Shown: positions 51,888 through 64,000 of the stretch, piece after piece
Layout of the letters: each line of letters begins with the position of its first letter
Numbering within the stretch: position 1 is the first letter of the stretch
NCBI RefSeq assembly: GCF_018350175.1
Contig: NC_058368.1
Coordinates: 70,992,001-71,056,000 of the forward strand
Origin: Felis catus
Lineage: Eukaryota
DNA length: 64,000 nt
Reading direction: 5' to 3'
Notes under the pieces: model-generated
Database searches by the model: none
Told to the model about the DNA's origin: nothing
Seen by the model: the letters and a program-made list of their open reading frames with translations, nothing else
Translations under genes and position numbers: made by a program

Positions 51888-54800
51888 GTAAACGTTTTCT
51901 TAATACCTTGGGTGAAACTGGTGTTTAAAATACCGTGGGGAAAAATATAAAAAATATATTGTTTCGTTTGTTTCAAAAACCGTTTCATTGAGAGGGGTAA
52001 GTTATGGGGGCAGGGGGACAGCATTCACCAGTGAGAAATTCACTTCAGGTAAATTGGCCCTTCCATGTTTCTGAATATTTTGCTAACTGGCCCTCAAGTC
52101 TCTCTATAGTTTATTCTGTTCATAAACTATATTGGCAGCCTTTGAGAAAATAGAAGTCTGTTTAGTTTTTCTCTACAGACTCAGATACAACCAACATTCA
52201 TAGGAAAATAATTTTAGATCAAAGTGAGAGCAAGTTGTAATGAAATAAACACAGTTTGATCAAATGGTCCTTGTGGAGAGAAGAAATAAATTCCAAGTTA
52301 TATTAATTTTGGGGCAAAAATGTACCAAAATCTCCTCCGGTTGAGTCATTTAAGAGTGGGAGGTTGTATATGTGTCTGTACCAATTTCTGGACCTGAGAT
52401 TTGGATAGAATGGAGAGCAAATTAACGCTGGAGTACGGTTGTTCCTAATTTAGTGCATCATTGAGCCTCGCGTTTCCTGCTCTGTGGGTTTCTGCTATGT
52501 AAATATTGCAGTGGTGATGCGCAATCTGTCTCCACTTTGTGCCAGTAACACTTAAATTAGGTGTCGCCTGAAGGAAGATTTTATGCTACTCGCAGTATTG
52601 TCAGTTAATTATCTTAAAGGTTATTTGCAGTAATACCGTTTGACTCTTTTTAAGAGAATGGGGGGAAAGTTGCATTTATAAATCTATCCTAGAGGTAATA
52701 TCTGAACTCGGCCTTGCTATTTACATAAGGAGTGGAGTTTTAATACCTACGATGCAAAAGTACTTAGGAGAGAAAGAATGTTGAAACATTACCAAGGTTC
52801 TAAATCTTAAACAGTCCCCTTTACAAAAAAAAAAAAAAAAAGACAAAACTGGCTCTGGGTGGTGAACTGGTGACATCAGTGTGAGAGGTACCACTTAACA
52901 CTTTTCACTGGCAGTAAAAACACCTAAAAATCCCAGGACTTGGAAATGAGGGTAACAGTATTAAGTGGGTCACTCCCTCCGCTCATTATGGATACCTGCC
53001 TTCAGCTCTGACCTTGCACACACGTTCACCCTCACACACTCACAGGCTCATCTTTGCACAAACCTGCACTTAAAATCCAAAGGCAAAATATGTGATATTA
53101 GAAACATCCCATTTGGACTGACACCAATTTCAGGACAGTGTTCTTTGATTTCAAATCAGGAGTGGCTATTGGAAAAACACTGCAGTTTATAGAAAAATAT
53201 TTTGAAGCTGACATTTGTGTTTTATGTTCATTTCTATATCTTGACTCCAAAACCCAGGTGCTCCATGAATACACATAAGTATTTACCTAAGAGAAGAGCC
53301 ATGTACTTTTCCATTCATACATACCAATAACTCCATCCACTCCCCTCTCCTGCCTGTGCCTGTGCACACATTCACTAAATGTTCTACACCTCTCTGTGTG
53401 TACCTTCTGCCAGCTAAGAATATGCATGTGATAAATACTTCTTACTGAAATAATAAACTGAGGCAAGATATGGGTCATCAAAATGGCAGACCAAGCAGAG
53501 TTCCAGTCTGGGTCAACACTGCCTCCGTTAATGGTCTACCCTGGTTTTCACATTGGATTACATCAAAGGATGCCTCTTGGTATTGTAAGCAGCTAGAAGT
53601 ATGGGAGAGGTTACCCTAAATTTCGGTAGCCAGCAAACAAAATTCAAACTAGAAACATACTCTTTTGCTGGCATTTCAGTTCTTGAATGAAAGCAAAAAC
53701 ATTTTTCCATCATATCTTAAAAGTATTGTTCCCAAACAAAATTGTCCCAAAGTGTCCTTGCCTTTTGACGATGGCAACTTAAATGTTAAGTTCTGAACTG
53801 GCTTTTTTTTTTTTTTTTTTTTTTTAATAAGAAATGCTCTCTTGTTGGAGTATAAGCTTCCACAACAGTGTGACAGGACAGCTTTTCTGAACACAGAACC
53901 TCAGAAATTAGAGCAGAAGGGAGACTTACTATTAGGTCATTTCCTCTCTGCCCCATTGCTGTTTGTTTCCTACAGCAAATTCTCCTGGTGCTTTGTCCAG
54001 CAAGGTTTAAATGATTCAAGTAATGGGGCTTCCAGTGGGGACATATGGTTATTTTATCCTGTTCGCATGTTTCTTTCACTTTGCCTATAAATTGGCTGGT
54101 CACAAAAATTGGGTCTGCAGGTAGGTGACTCTGGGTCTTGAAGGGTCTTGGGGTTTAAATAATGTGCGTTCTGTTTGTAAAGATTTAGTATAAATAGGTT
54201 GCTCAATTGTATAAAGTATTGCTTCCAACAAACACCTAATCTGTTTTATTTCAAATGTGAATCACTGGTGAAAACATCTACCCTCAGATATTTTGTCCAA
54301 AGCACAGGTGACTCTCTCAACTACAGGAAACTGATAGTTTGTGTCCTAGTGAGACAGTTACAAATTTCCAAAAGACCCTTTTTTCCCCACTCGGATGAAA
54401 ATTTCATTCAAGTAATGTTTTTAAGTAGAAATGACCCAAGAAAGCAAAATTATATATTTTTGCCTTGCTCTACTTCTACTTAAATTGTATTTAAATTATA
54501 TTCTGCCCTGAGACCAAAGCCATAGCTGAAGTTCACAGGTAATGCTGGTTCATTTGTGTTTTCTATAGTAATAATAATTATTCTTATACCATAACTATAA
54601 TAATTATTATCAAAAATAAAAGTTCTACCTTTTCTTCTGTCCCTTCCAAATAACAAAATTTGTGGGAATACTTAGATCACAAGTAGGTAACTTACTGGAG
54701 TTCAGTTTGGTGTCACAGAATTTTTTGTTGTTTTATTTTAATTAGAAGATGTCCCCTTAGTCTAATGTCAGGTAAAAAATACTTTACATTAAAAAAATAA

Positions 54801-57800
54801 TAATCTGCTCATATAATCTGTCACCATTCAGCATAGTGGTACCATTTGGGATAATGATACTAGTGACTGCTTTGTTTCAGGAAACTATAGATATTTATAG
54901 GCTAAAGAATTTTGCCTGGCACAACAGTCCCCACGAATAGGAATTAGGCTATAGATTGACATTACAAGCTCACCTTTCTTGTAAAAATCTGTTGGAAAAG
55001 CTTAAAACATTTCACATACTCTATGCTATGCTCCTATTTTAATTCCCATAAGCTAAAATATGTCTAACTTGCAGACATGAGTCGTGAGATATATGTCCAC
55101 AATATTAATCAAACTTGAGTCTTTCTCCAATCCTTCCAGAAAAATATATTTTGAGATATAACCTTCATGTCATTAATTATTTTAGCTTCAAATTATTGGT
55201 AGAAACTTTAGCCAGGATAAATCACTTTCCATGTGATTTACTTTAAATTTATAAAGGATTTTCTTAAAGGCTGATTTTGTTTCTGTTATTTTTTCCATAT
55301 TAGTGGCAATTCCACTATTTGAAAATTCTCTATTCAGAACTGAATTTAGAATTGCTTATTAAAAATATGATTTTGACAGTTCTTTTTTTATCAACTAAAA
55401 ATTGTGCATAGTATTAATATTGGATAACTGAAATGAAAACATCTCAAGCAAGTATTTAGTTTATGTCATGATATGTAACTTACGTGTTAAGTACATATAA
55501 ATATTTATGCAATATGTATACATTCATATATTATGATATAGCATATTTTTTCATGTCTCTATTATAAACCCAGTGCTAAATGTTTTCTCTTTTCATATTC
55601 ATTTCTTCTTGGGCAAAAAATGACAGCTAAAGGAAATGATTAATAGGTAATTCTAGATATCTTAATATAAGAATTCACCATTCGTTTATAAATGGAGACT
55701 CTAACAGAAAAAATGTGAAAGAATAGCAAAGTATATTACATGTGATAGATTTTAAAGATACTTTGCCAGAATATTCCTGTTTCTGCAGTATCCTACCACA
55801 AATACGGCTATGCGTCATTTTCAGTTTTACTCAGATCATTATAGGTGCTTCATTTGGTTTTAGAAGGATTTCGTCTAACTTTTTCGTTATTTTCATTTGT
55901 TACAGCTTCACAAGCTGGCTAAAAACCAAGGAAGAGGAAATGTTCCCCTTTAAAATCTAGGTTCAGTTAACAATTATAAAAGGTCAAAAACAAGGTCACT
56001 ACTTGACATAATAACTGTAAACATCATCGAAACATTCTACTTTCACTCGCGAGAAAACAATAATGTAAATTAATAAGTTTACATTAATAAGCAAACCCTC
56101 TGCTGGAATATAAATTGGGAATTTATATCTTATTAAAGAAAGATTTTTTTTCCTCATGTGAGTCTTTTCATCTAGAGAATTACAAAGAATAATACCCACC
56201 CCCCTCCACATACTGAAAGCAAATTATTTTCATAGGTATCTGATTGCAGCTTATACACCTTTCATTTGTGTTTCCAAATGCAGGGCTTTACAAAAGAAAT
56301 ACTGTTTGGGCCAGATGGCCTTCTAGAAGACTCCCTGAGAGAACTCAGAAGTCTCTCTAGCCAAAAATATTGTTTCCGCTTATTCAAGTGCCAGAAATCC
56401 CACTGCCACTCTTTCACGCAGATCAAATAAACCATCTAAAGATTTGGTTGTTGTCTTTGTCAGCTGAAAGGGTTGATTCCACTAATAGACAACAGTGTAC
56501 CCTCCCACACCCATGCATCCCACCACCCACAGCCTTTCCCCCTTTATTTGTAAGCAGGAATACGAAAATCAGAACCGAGTGATGTCTGGTGAAAATGAAA
56601 GATGAAGGAACATAACCTTACTTTTGAGATGCATAGTTATTACATTTCTCCCTTTATTTCCTTGTTCATTTAATATTTTTACAATTATATGCCATAGATT
56701 TGACTTTAAAAAGTCAAATTCTTTAAAAAGCTGATAGTCTGCCAATGAGGACTTCAAGGCTGATATATGATTCACAACAAATTGCAGATCTAAACATGTA
56801 TATCAAGGCAATACAGTTCTAGTGCTGATAGATCCTATTTCACAGTTTTAGTGGCAAATGGTTTAGTACTAGAGGATAAGAGATCGTATATGTAGGTTAA
56901 ATCTGCTGATTTTTAAAGTTGTTTGCTTCGACCTTAATTTATAGCATGTTCTCAGGGATATTTTAATCAAAATTTTTCTATTCTGATTTATAGTCTCAAG
57001 AAATTTTTTTTGCTCAATTTCAATTAAAAATATAATTCTTTTAGTTGGATAAAATCTCAGAAATCTTCCAGTTAAATTATTTCAATTTACAACTTAATAC
57101 ACTAAGACTCAACAAGGGTTTAGAAGCTACCCAAGGCCACTCACAGCCAAGGTGGTGATAGAGCCCCAACCAGAATTCAGGGCAAACTTTATAAATAAAG
57201 ATATGAACATAGTTGGCATCAGTGAGGTTTCACTTGGGTCCTGGTGACCCTAGGCCAATGACCAAAACCAGAGAGAACCTTAAAAGTATTCAGTCACAAA
57301 CAAAATGTGAATTTGGTTAGTTCACATTGGTATCTTTTTCTTAGTCATACGCTTTTTTTTTTTTTTTTTTGCCTGAGCAGAAACTGATGAGGAGGGAAAG
57401 AGCAAGAGTATCCGTGTGCCTTCCCAGCACTCCCTGCCATCATTCCCCACATGGTGCCCTCCTTCCCAATTCTGTCCTGCCCCAGAAAGACTTCTGCTCT
57501 GATCACCACACACCCCGTTCTGTTCTATTAGTCATCTTTCATTCTATCTCCCAGTGTAGATTGGAAACTCTCCGAGCTACACTGGGAGCCTTTGGCAAAG
57601 AGGCCGTATCTCGCCCTGAGCCTCGTTTCATCTCGCTCGAAGGACAGGTTCCCAATGTCCTGTTCTTACACCTGTGGTTGCACAAACACACCATGGCTTT
57701 CAGCGTCCTTAATTGCAAGATCCAAATACGGGCCATGAAAAGGATGGTTTTGCTCCTTGGACATCTCTCTTTTTTTCCTCGTAGAGTATTTCTCTTTTTG

Positions 57801-60134
57801 TGTGTGTGGGTCCGTATGTGTGTGATTCTATGTATGGCTTTCCTGTTCCTTCCTCGTTTTTCCTTTCCACGAATTCTTGCTTTTTTCTTCTTTTTCTTTA
57901 TCTGTTTTTGATTCTCTCCCTTTTTTTCCTCTTTTTCTTTTCTCTCTCTTTACCACATCATCTCCATACCCCACGACCATCTGTTGCCTTCTCTCCTTTA
58001 CCTGATTATAGTAAAGAAGTTCAGAGCATTCTTTGAATTTTTTGTTGTACTTATTAAGGAATTTTATAAATCTTTTTATATTAAAAGCAGGGGAATTTTT
58101 ATTTTATTTAAAAAATCAAGAGTTTCTACAATTTTTTTTTTTTCCATTTTAGGTTAGTGGACCTGAATGAAAAGAAAGTAGGGAACTTTCTCACCACCAC
58201 CCTAGGGAGTAAGGAATTCTATTTGCTGAATCCCATACCTCCCCACAGCATTTTGGACAGAAATAGGTATACAATATACATTTAGTAAATACTATTTAGC
58301 AAACTAGGTTCCAAGTTTCTGACAGTGCTAGAAAGAAATTATTCACTGTACTTTTAACAGTTTATATCATACTGACCTTTTGTTCACTTCTAGAATAATT
58401 GGAAGAAAATCTTTTCACCAGTTATTTCATCATTGTTCTTCAGTGATATTTTAATAAATCTTTGAAGTTTAAAGTGACTTTGAGTTAATGTTAGTTCATG
58501 TAGATGTTTTCCAAAGAAAGAATGAGCCCACAGGTTATAAAATAGAAGTGTAATATTATTGCTCTCAGCTACAAGCTGCCTTAAAATGACTTCCACCCTC
58601 TGCTTTTCTCATAGGCAATACCAGCTTAAATATGGCATAAAATATTCTAAATTAAATAAAAATGTTTACATGTTTAAACTCAGTGTTAAAAATAAAACTA
58701 TTTTCAAGTAAGATTTCTGGTTTAAAAAAAATCTGAGAGGAAGATGATGGCTGCAGAGCTCTTCATAATTAACTAAAAATCAACCCATTATTCACTTAAC
58801 AATGGGTGAATTTTATGGTATGCAAATTGTACCTTGATAAAGCTATAAAAAAAATCCAGAAAATTAAGCATGACCTCGAATGTGCTAGCAAATGTGGAAA
58901 CTCCTTTAGATTGCAATATGCTTATAAATCCAACTGTTTCATTTCAGTAGGTAGCTTTCCACGTGGCATACCTGGCCAGGTTTTTCTAAATGTCCTTGTC
59001 AAAAGATAATTTAAAATAAAGACATGTCTGTCCCTATCTGACCATCCTGCCTGAATATTTTTAAAGATACCTCTTGCAGCCTACATTTCGTGGGCTCTGA
59101 GAAGAATTTTCAAAACGAAGGCACCTTTGGTCTCCCCTTTCCATTTGTGTAGTAAAAATGGCTCCAATCCACTGAGACCCTCCATCTGGGCAAGTAGACA
59201 ACTCGGGACCCGTCACATATTAAGATAATTGACCCAAACATTCACCTCTGCTCTCCTCCCTCCTGTCCAGTCACCTCTGTCTTCCCTGCCAAATTCATCT
59301 CGCAAGCCTTCCACTGTCTCTTCTTTTCTCCTCCAGCCTCCTAAAACTGTCGGTAAAGTCCCCAGATAACCTTACTGGAGTATAACACAAGTGTTTCCAT
59401 TTTCCATGCAGGGCTAAAGCTAAGTGATTTCATGCTTCCTTTTTAAAAAGCAAAATGTTAATGATGTCTATTCATTTTACATTCACTCAGTTTCCACATT
59501 CCGGGGAGTTTCCTCCTTTTTATATAAATGCACTGGGCCATTTGCCTTTGCCAGTATTCTTCCTTCTCCTGCTCTCTGTTGCTGGAAACCCTGTCCTGTT
59601 TTACCTCCTCCTCCAGTGTAAGTGATGCTCCCAATATCAGGTCACCTGCATTTCATTAGTATCTCCTCAGCTGATATTCTAAGCTTTTAAGTTCTTTTAA
59701 ATGTACTTGTTTTCAAACACTGATGAGGTGTCAAATCCTGTCACACCCCTGAGTCTAGTTTCTTAAAGCGACAGTTCAGTCTCTGATTTATGTTTGGAGG
59801 GGGTGGGAAGCTTTAGGCATGAGTTGGCCTCTGCTCATTGCACCGTCCAGAATGTTGATGTCCCTCAGAACCCTCAAAGCTACTCTGAAGATGTAAAATC
59901 CTGTTATGATTCAAATACTGTACACTTCACTGAACCTTTCTGTGATAAATGGAATTAAATCATCTCCAGCCAACAATAGCAGTGGCAGGAGTAGCAGGGA
60001 TTGTGGTGGTGGCAATAGCAATCAGGTAGAGGTGACAGCATTGGCTGTGGTAGTGGCAGCAGTCTCAGAGAGGACACAGTCACAGCAGCAGTGACAGGAA
60101 TGGTAGTGGTGGCAGCAGTGGCAGCTCCCATGTA

Positions 60135-60355
60135 CTGAGAGCCTGTTGCGTGACAGGCCATTGTATACATTATTTTATTTAATTCTCAAGACAATTTTCT
60201 AAGGGAGGTATTATCATCCCCATTTTACAGGTGAAGAAACTGAGGCTTAGAAAAGTAACAGTGTGTGCTGCAGATCACACACAGCTCGGAAAAGGCAAAG
60301 CTCGAGTTCAAGGTGTAGCTGATCCAAAAGCCCATATTCCTAACCTCTGCACCAA
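60135..60355. mobile_element. MIR
   Basis: tattatcatccccattttacaggtgaagaaactgaggcttag. Confidence 0.8.
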
Positions 60356-61486
60356 GGTGCCTTAAACAAGAGAAGCAAGACCCTTTCTCTGTATGTATCT
60401 GTGTGCACTTTTTGTTTCAGCTACAGAATACCACCTCAGAACACCCATCCTGGAGAGTTGTCTATTTCTGTTTGGTGGAAAGTCACAGAGGGGCTGCCTG
60501 GACAGGTGATGCTTGGTGTCCTCTTGGGCCACTACTGACCTGGCCGGTGGAAGTGCCCTGGGGAGCATCAGGGGCGCTGCCTTCCAGACCCCACTGATGG
60601 TTCTGTGCTCAGAGTTTGTACAAGTCGGAGAACTACAAGAGTTTGTACAAGTCGGGAAAAGATGGAGGAAAGGAGGCAGCTTCTCCAGGCTTTTTCACCT
60701 TTCAGAAATCGGAAAATAAATCTGATAGGCTATCCAGCAGGCAGGATCCCCGACACCCCATGCCCCTTCTAAGGCCGTGTCTGAGACAGGGGCTGAGATG
60801 CCTTCCCAAGCAGTTGTCGCTGCATTCACCAGTTGGCTCAAAACTAACCCCTCTTCAGATATCCCAACTATTACATTCTTAGTAATCATTTAAAGGGCTT
60901 CCCCATCAAAGGCCATGGAATATCATCTGTCAGAATCTCAGCACTGGCAGTAATTACCCATCAGCCCAATGTGAATTGTCGACCGTGTTGAATGAATTCA
61001 GCTGAACTCTTAGAAATTCATGTAGACTATGTTAGCATCTAAAATTCTCTGGCTATTGCAGGAATTGGCTATTGAATTTTAATTCAAAATATTATTAAAA
61101 TATCTACCAAATTATCACTACAATTTAGGTGTTAAAATAAGAAAAACATGTTCTCTATTTTCCAAGTCTTCAGAAATATTCTTTTACTACCTTAATGGCA
61201 ACTTTAAAAGACGTGTTTCTATGAAGCAAAGGGTTACTGTTACTAAGAAGCACATACAAGGATCAAATGTCATCCCCTTTAATCTTTCTTACAAATGCTT
61301 TAGGTTTTTTGAGAACTTAAAATATCATTCACATATTTATTATTGAATTTTTTCTCACTGAAAATATTCTTCAGTATTTCTGATGTCATAATAATTATAG
61401 TAAAAACTGTCAAGTGGAAACTCAGGATGGAAAGCATGTTATATTTCAGTTGTTCCTGAATTCAGTTATTAAAGTTACATTTTCAG

Positions 61487-61695
61487 GGCACCTGGGTGGC
61501 TCAGTTGGTTAAGCGTCTGTCTCTTGATTTCACCTCAGGTTTTGGTCTCATGGTTCTTGGATTGGAGCCCCGAGTTGGGTTGTGCACAGATAGCACAGAG
61601 ACTGCTTGAGATTCTGTCTCTCCCTCTCTTTCTGCCCCTCCCCTGCTCGTGTGTGCTCTCTCTCTCTCTCTCAAAATAAATAAACATTAAAAACT
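61487..61695 (+). mobile_element. CanSINE
   Basis: First SINE after the SINE-free block. Confidence 0.9.
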
Positions 61696-62955
61696 TTTTT
61701 TAGCTTTTAATTACATTGTCACATATTTGCTTATTTGCACCTTACCTATATACCATTTTTTCAGCCTCATCCTGAGTAATAATATCTCTGAAATAAGCTT
61801 AGATATGATATTTTTTGATAAATCACATCAAAATAAAAAAATTAAATATATAATATATAAAACAAATATATATTGATTTTTTATATTTAAATATTTTTCT
61901 TTAATCATCTCAGGTACTGCTGTTACCAGTCAGACTTTGGGGTACACCACTTAGAAGAGTTTGGGATTTCAGGTGGTAAGCCTTAGGCTCTAGTCCTATG
62001 CTTCCCATAAGTTTCTTTGAAAAGGTTAACTAAATCTGAACTGGCTTTTGCATCTGTAAAACAGAAAGTACCATGCCCTCCCTCCTGCAAGTGAGAAAAT
62101 GTGTTTGAAATGTTTTGTAAAATCATAAAGTACTATTTGATGAAAATCTCTCTTCTTCTTCTTCTTTTTTTTTTTTTTTTTTTTTTTGTAATGGGTCTTC
62201 CTGATAAGATTGCATGCCTCCAATTTTTAGTTTGGAAATGAATATTATAGGCTTTCTAAGGACTATGGTTAACTAGAGTATAGGCTACAGTTGCTGAAGG
62301 AATCTTCATATTTCCTCCTCAAGGGAGAATGAACATCCTTCCCCTAACTCCAGCACCCTCCTCTGGTGCCCAGGTCAATCCATCTACCATGGTCCCACTC
62401 AGAAACAAAGCTGGACCAGGCCAGCTCTTAGCTTTCCCATTGTTGGATCCCCAGATCACGCTTAGAGGGAAAATGCCCAGAATAAAGAAAAGGAACAGGT
62501 TGTTCAGCCTTTTCCCCTCAGAGTCCAAGAAGGAGCAAGTGTTGGGTCTACCAGGGCATGCGGCAAGAACAGAGGGATTCCAGTGGGTTCCAGTCCAGCT
62601 TCATCAAGCAGAGGCTGTCTTATGCCTTGTCGTATGGAAAGTCAAGCAGCTGATGAGTAACAGAACCAGCAGTCATCCCTATTAATTTGGCTGGATTAGG
62701 CTTCCTTTTCCTAATGCTAGAGAATCCCATTCAGCCATAGACAGATGCAGTATCTCATACTGTGGTCCTCCATTTTGCTTGACTTGTTGAATCACTGGTG
62801 ACCAGAAGCGTGCAAGGCTTTTGCAGAACAGAGAAAGCCAACCCCACTGGTTTGTCTCTACTTGCTATTCCCAGTCTCTCCCCGTGCCCCCCCCCCCCCA
62901 AGTGTGACCAAGGACACACCTTGGTCCTTTGGCATACCTGACCTTCTAAACCTGA

Positions 62956-63022
62956 CTTTTTTTTTTTTTTTTAGAGTGAGACAGGAAGTGCGTGTGCACA
63001 AACAGGACAGGGGCAGGGAGGT

Positions 63023-63064
<42 letters not shown>

Positions 63065-63189
63065 ATATCCCAAGCAGCCTCCATGCTGAGCATGGTCCCA
63101 CACGGGGCTCAATCCCACAACCCTGGGATCATGACTTGAGCCGAAATCAAGAGTTGGACACTCAATTGACTGAACCACCCAAGCACCCC
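62956..63189 (-). mobile_element. CanSINE
   Basis: TSD aaacctSacttt. Confidence 0.88.
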
Positions 63190-63749
63190 AAAACCTCACT
63201 TTAAATGTACCTATTCCTTGAAGTCCTTCTCTGACAAGACCACTTCCATTTTGATGGCTCCGTTTCTCTGTAGCCCCTCAGTCTTTAAGTGCTACAAATG
63301 TGACAGACTTACTTGCACTTTAACTGTTAAGACATATGCATGAGTTAACCTGACCCCAACCCAAGATCACATTTGTTGAGGTAAGTCACTGTGTCCTACT
63401 GGAGTCTAAGCAAGTGTTAGCTAACTTACCAGTGGTATTACCAGACCAGGAGAAGGTCATGTGGCATAGAAAGATGCTTGCAGATGAAGGAGAAGAAATG
63501 GGTAAGATAGATAGCATCTTCCCCTATCACCCTCCCCTCAGTCATCCAACTTGAGCCCCACCAAAGAGCCAAGCTCCACTTGAAACCATGTTTTGAGTAC
63601 TGGGTTCTGGGGATTGAAAGATGTATGAGACATGGCCCCTTCCCTCAAGAGTCTCACAGCTTACTGAGAAAGATAGCAGTGTAAACAGATCATTACAATA
63701 GAGTGTGACAAGGGTTGTAATGAGAAGCTGTATAGAGAAAGGAAGGTGA

Positions 63750-63972
63750 GGGGTGCCTGGCTGGCTCAGTCAGTAGAGCATGTGACTCTTTTTGTTTTTT
63801 TTTTTTCTTTAAGTGAGCTCTATATCCAATATGGGGCTTGAGCTCATGACCCCAAGATCAAGAATTGCATGCTCTACTGACTGAGCCAGCCAGGTGCCTG
63901 GAGCCTTGAGTTTTGAACTCAGGTTGGTGGGTTTGAGCCCCAAGTTGGGTGTAGAGTTTATTTTAAAAAAAG
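63750..63972. mobile_element. Short CanSINE (+) with an antisense short CanSINE nested inside
   Basis: Plus head at 63750, minus copy at ~63789-63900, and the plus body resumes with ggtgggtttgagccc. Confidence 0.75.
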
Positions 63973-64000
63973 GAAGGAGAGATCAGTCCTACCAGGGAAG

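Noticed and set aside
59970..60125. GCA/GTG-rich tract giving Ala/Val/Ser-rich ORFs
   Set aside because: Degenerate trinucleotide low-complexity sequence next to a MIR.
51888..64000. Search for the last CLYBL coding exon (GAFTFQGSMIDMP...)
   Set aside because: Not found by eye. It most likely lies beyond the window because intron 7 is long in other mammals, so this is not evidence of truncation.

Overview
This window is mammalian nuclear DNA from a felid, judged by the many SINEC_Fc-type tRNA-derived CanSINEs. It lies inside CLYBL (citramalyl-CoA lyase / citrate lyase beta-like) on the + strand. It holds about 39 kb of the long intron 2, five coding exons matching human exons 3-7 (39378-39566, 43760-43861, 45573-45666, 47042-47209, 51763-51887; 678 nt = 226 open codons, all GT-AG), and the start of intron 7. 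Exons 1, 2 and 8 are not in the window. The first ~41 kb is rich in SINEs, L1 3' ends, MaLR/ERVL LTRs and DNA-transposon relics. About 41-61.4 kb has no CanSINE that I could find and carries several candidate conserved non-coding elements, plausibly serving the neighbouring ZIC5/ZIC2 genes. The most unusual items are three TSD-flanked retrocopies of Pol III RNAs and one compound SINE insertion. The retrocopies are a full-length U6 fused to ~150 nt of non-L1 sequence, a tRNA-Glu(CTC) 5' half ending at the anticodon, and a 33-nt U6 5' fragment. The SINE carries a 137-bp copy of nearby intronic DNA. Exon 7 starts with a recursive-splice-type AG|GTAAG motif. I see no evidence of a wholly new protein-coding system, and almost all of the ORF track is spurious. 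Repeat subfamily names come from recalled consensus sequences, and repeat boundaries are approximate.
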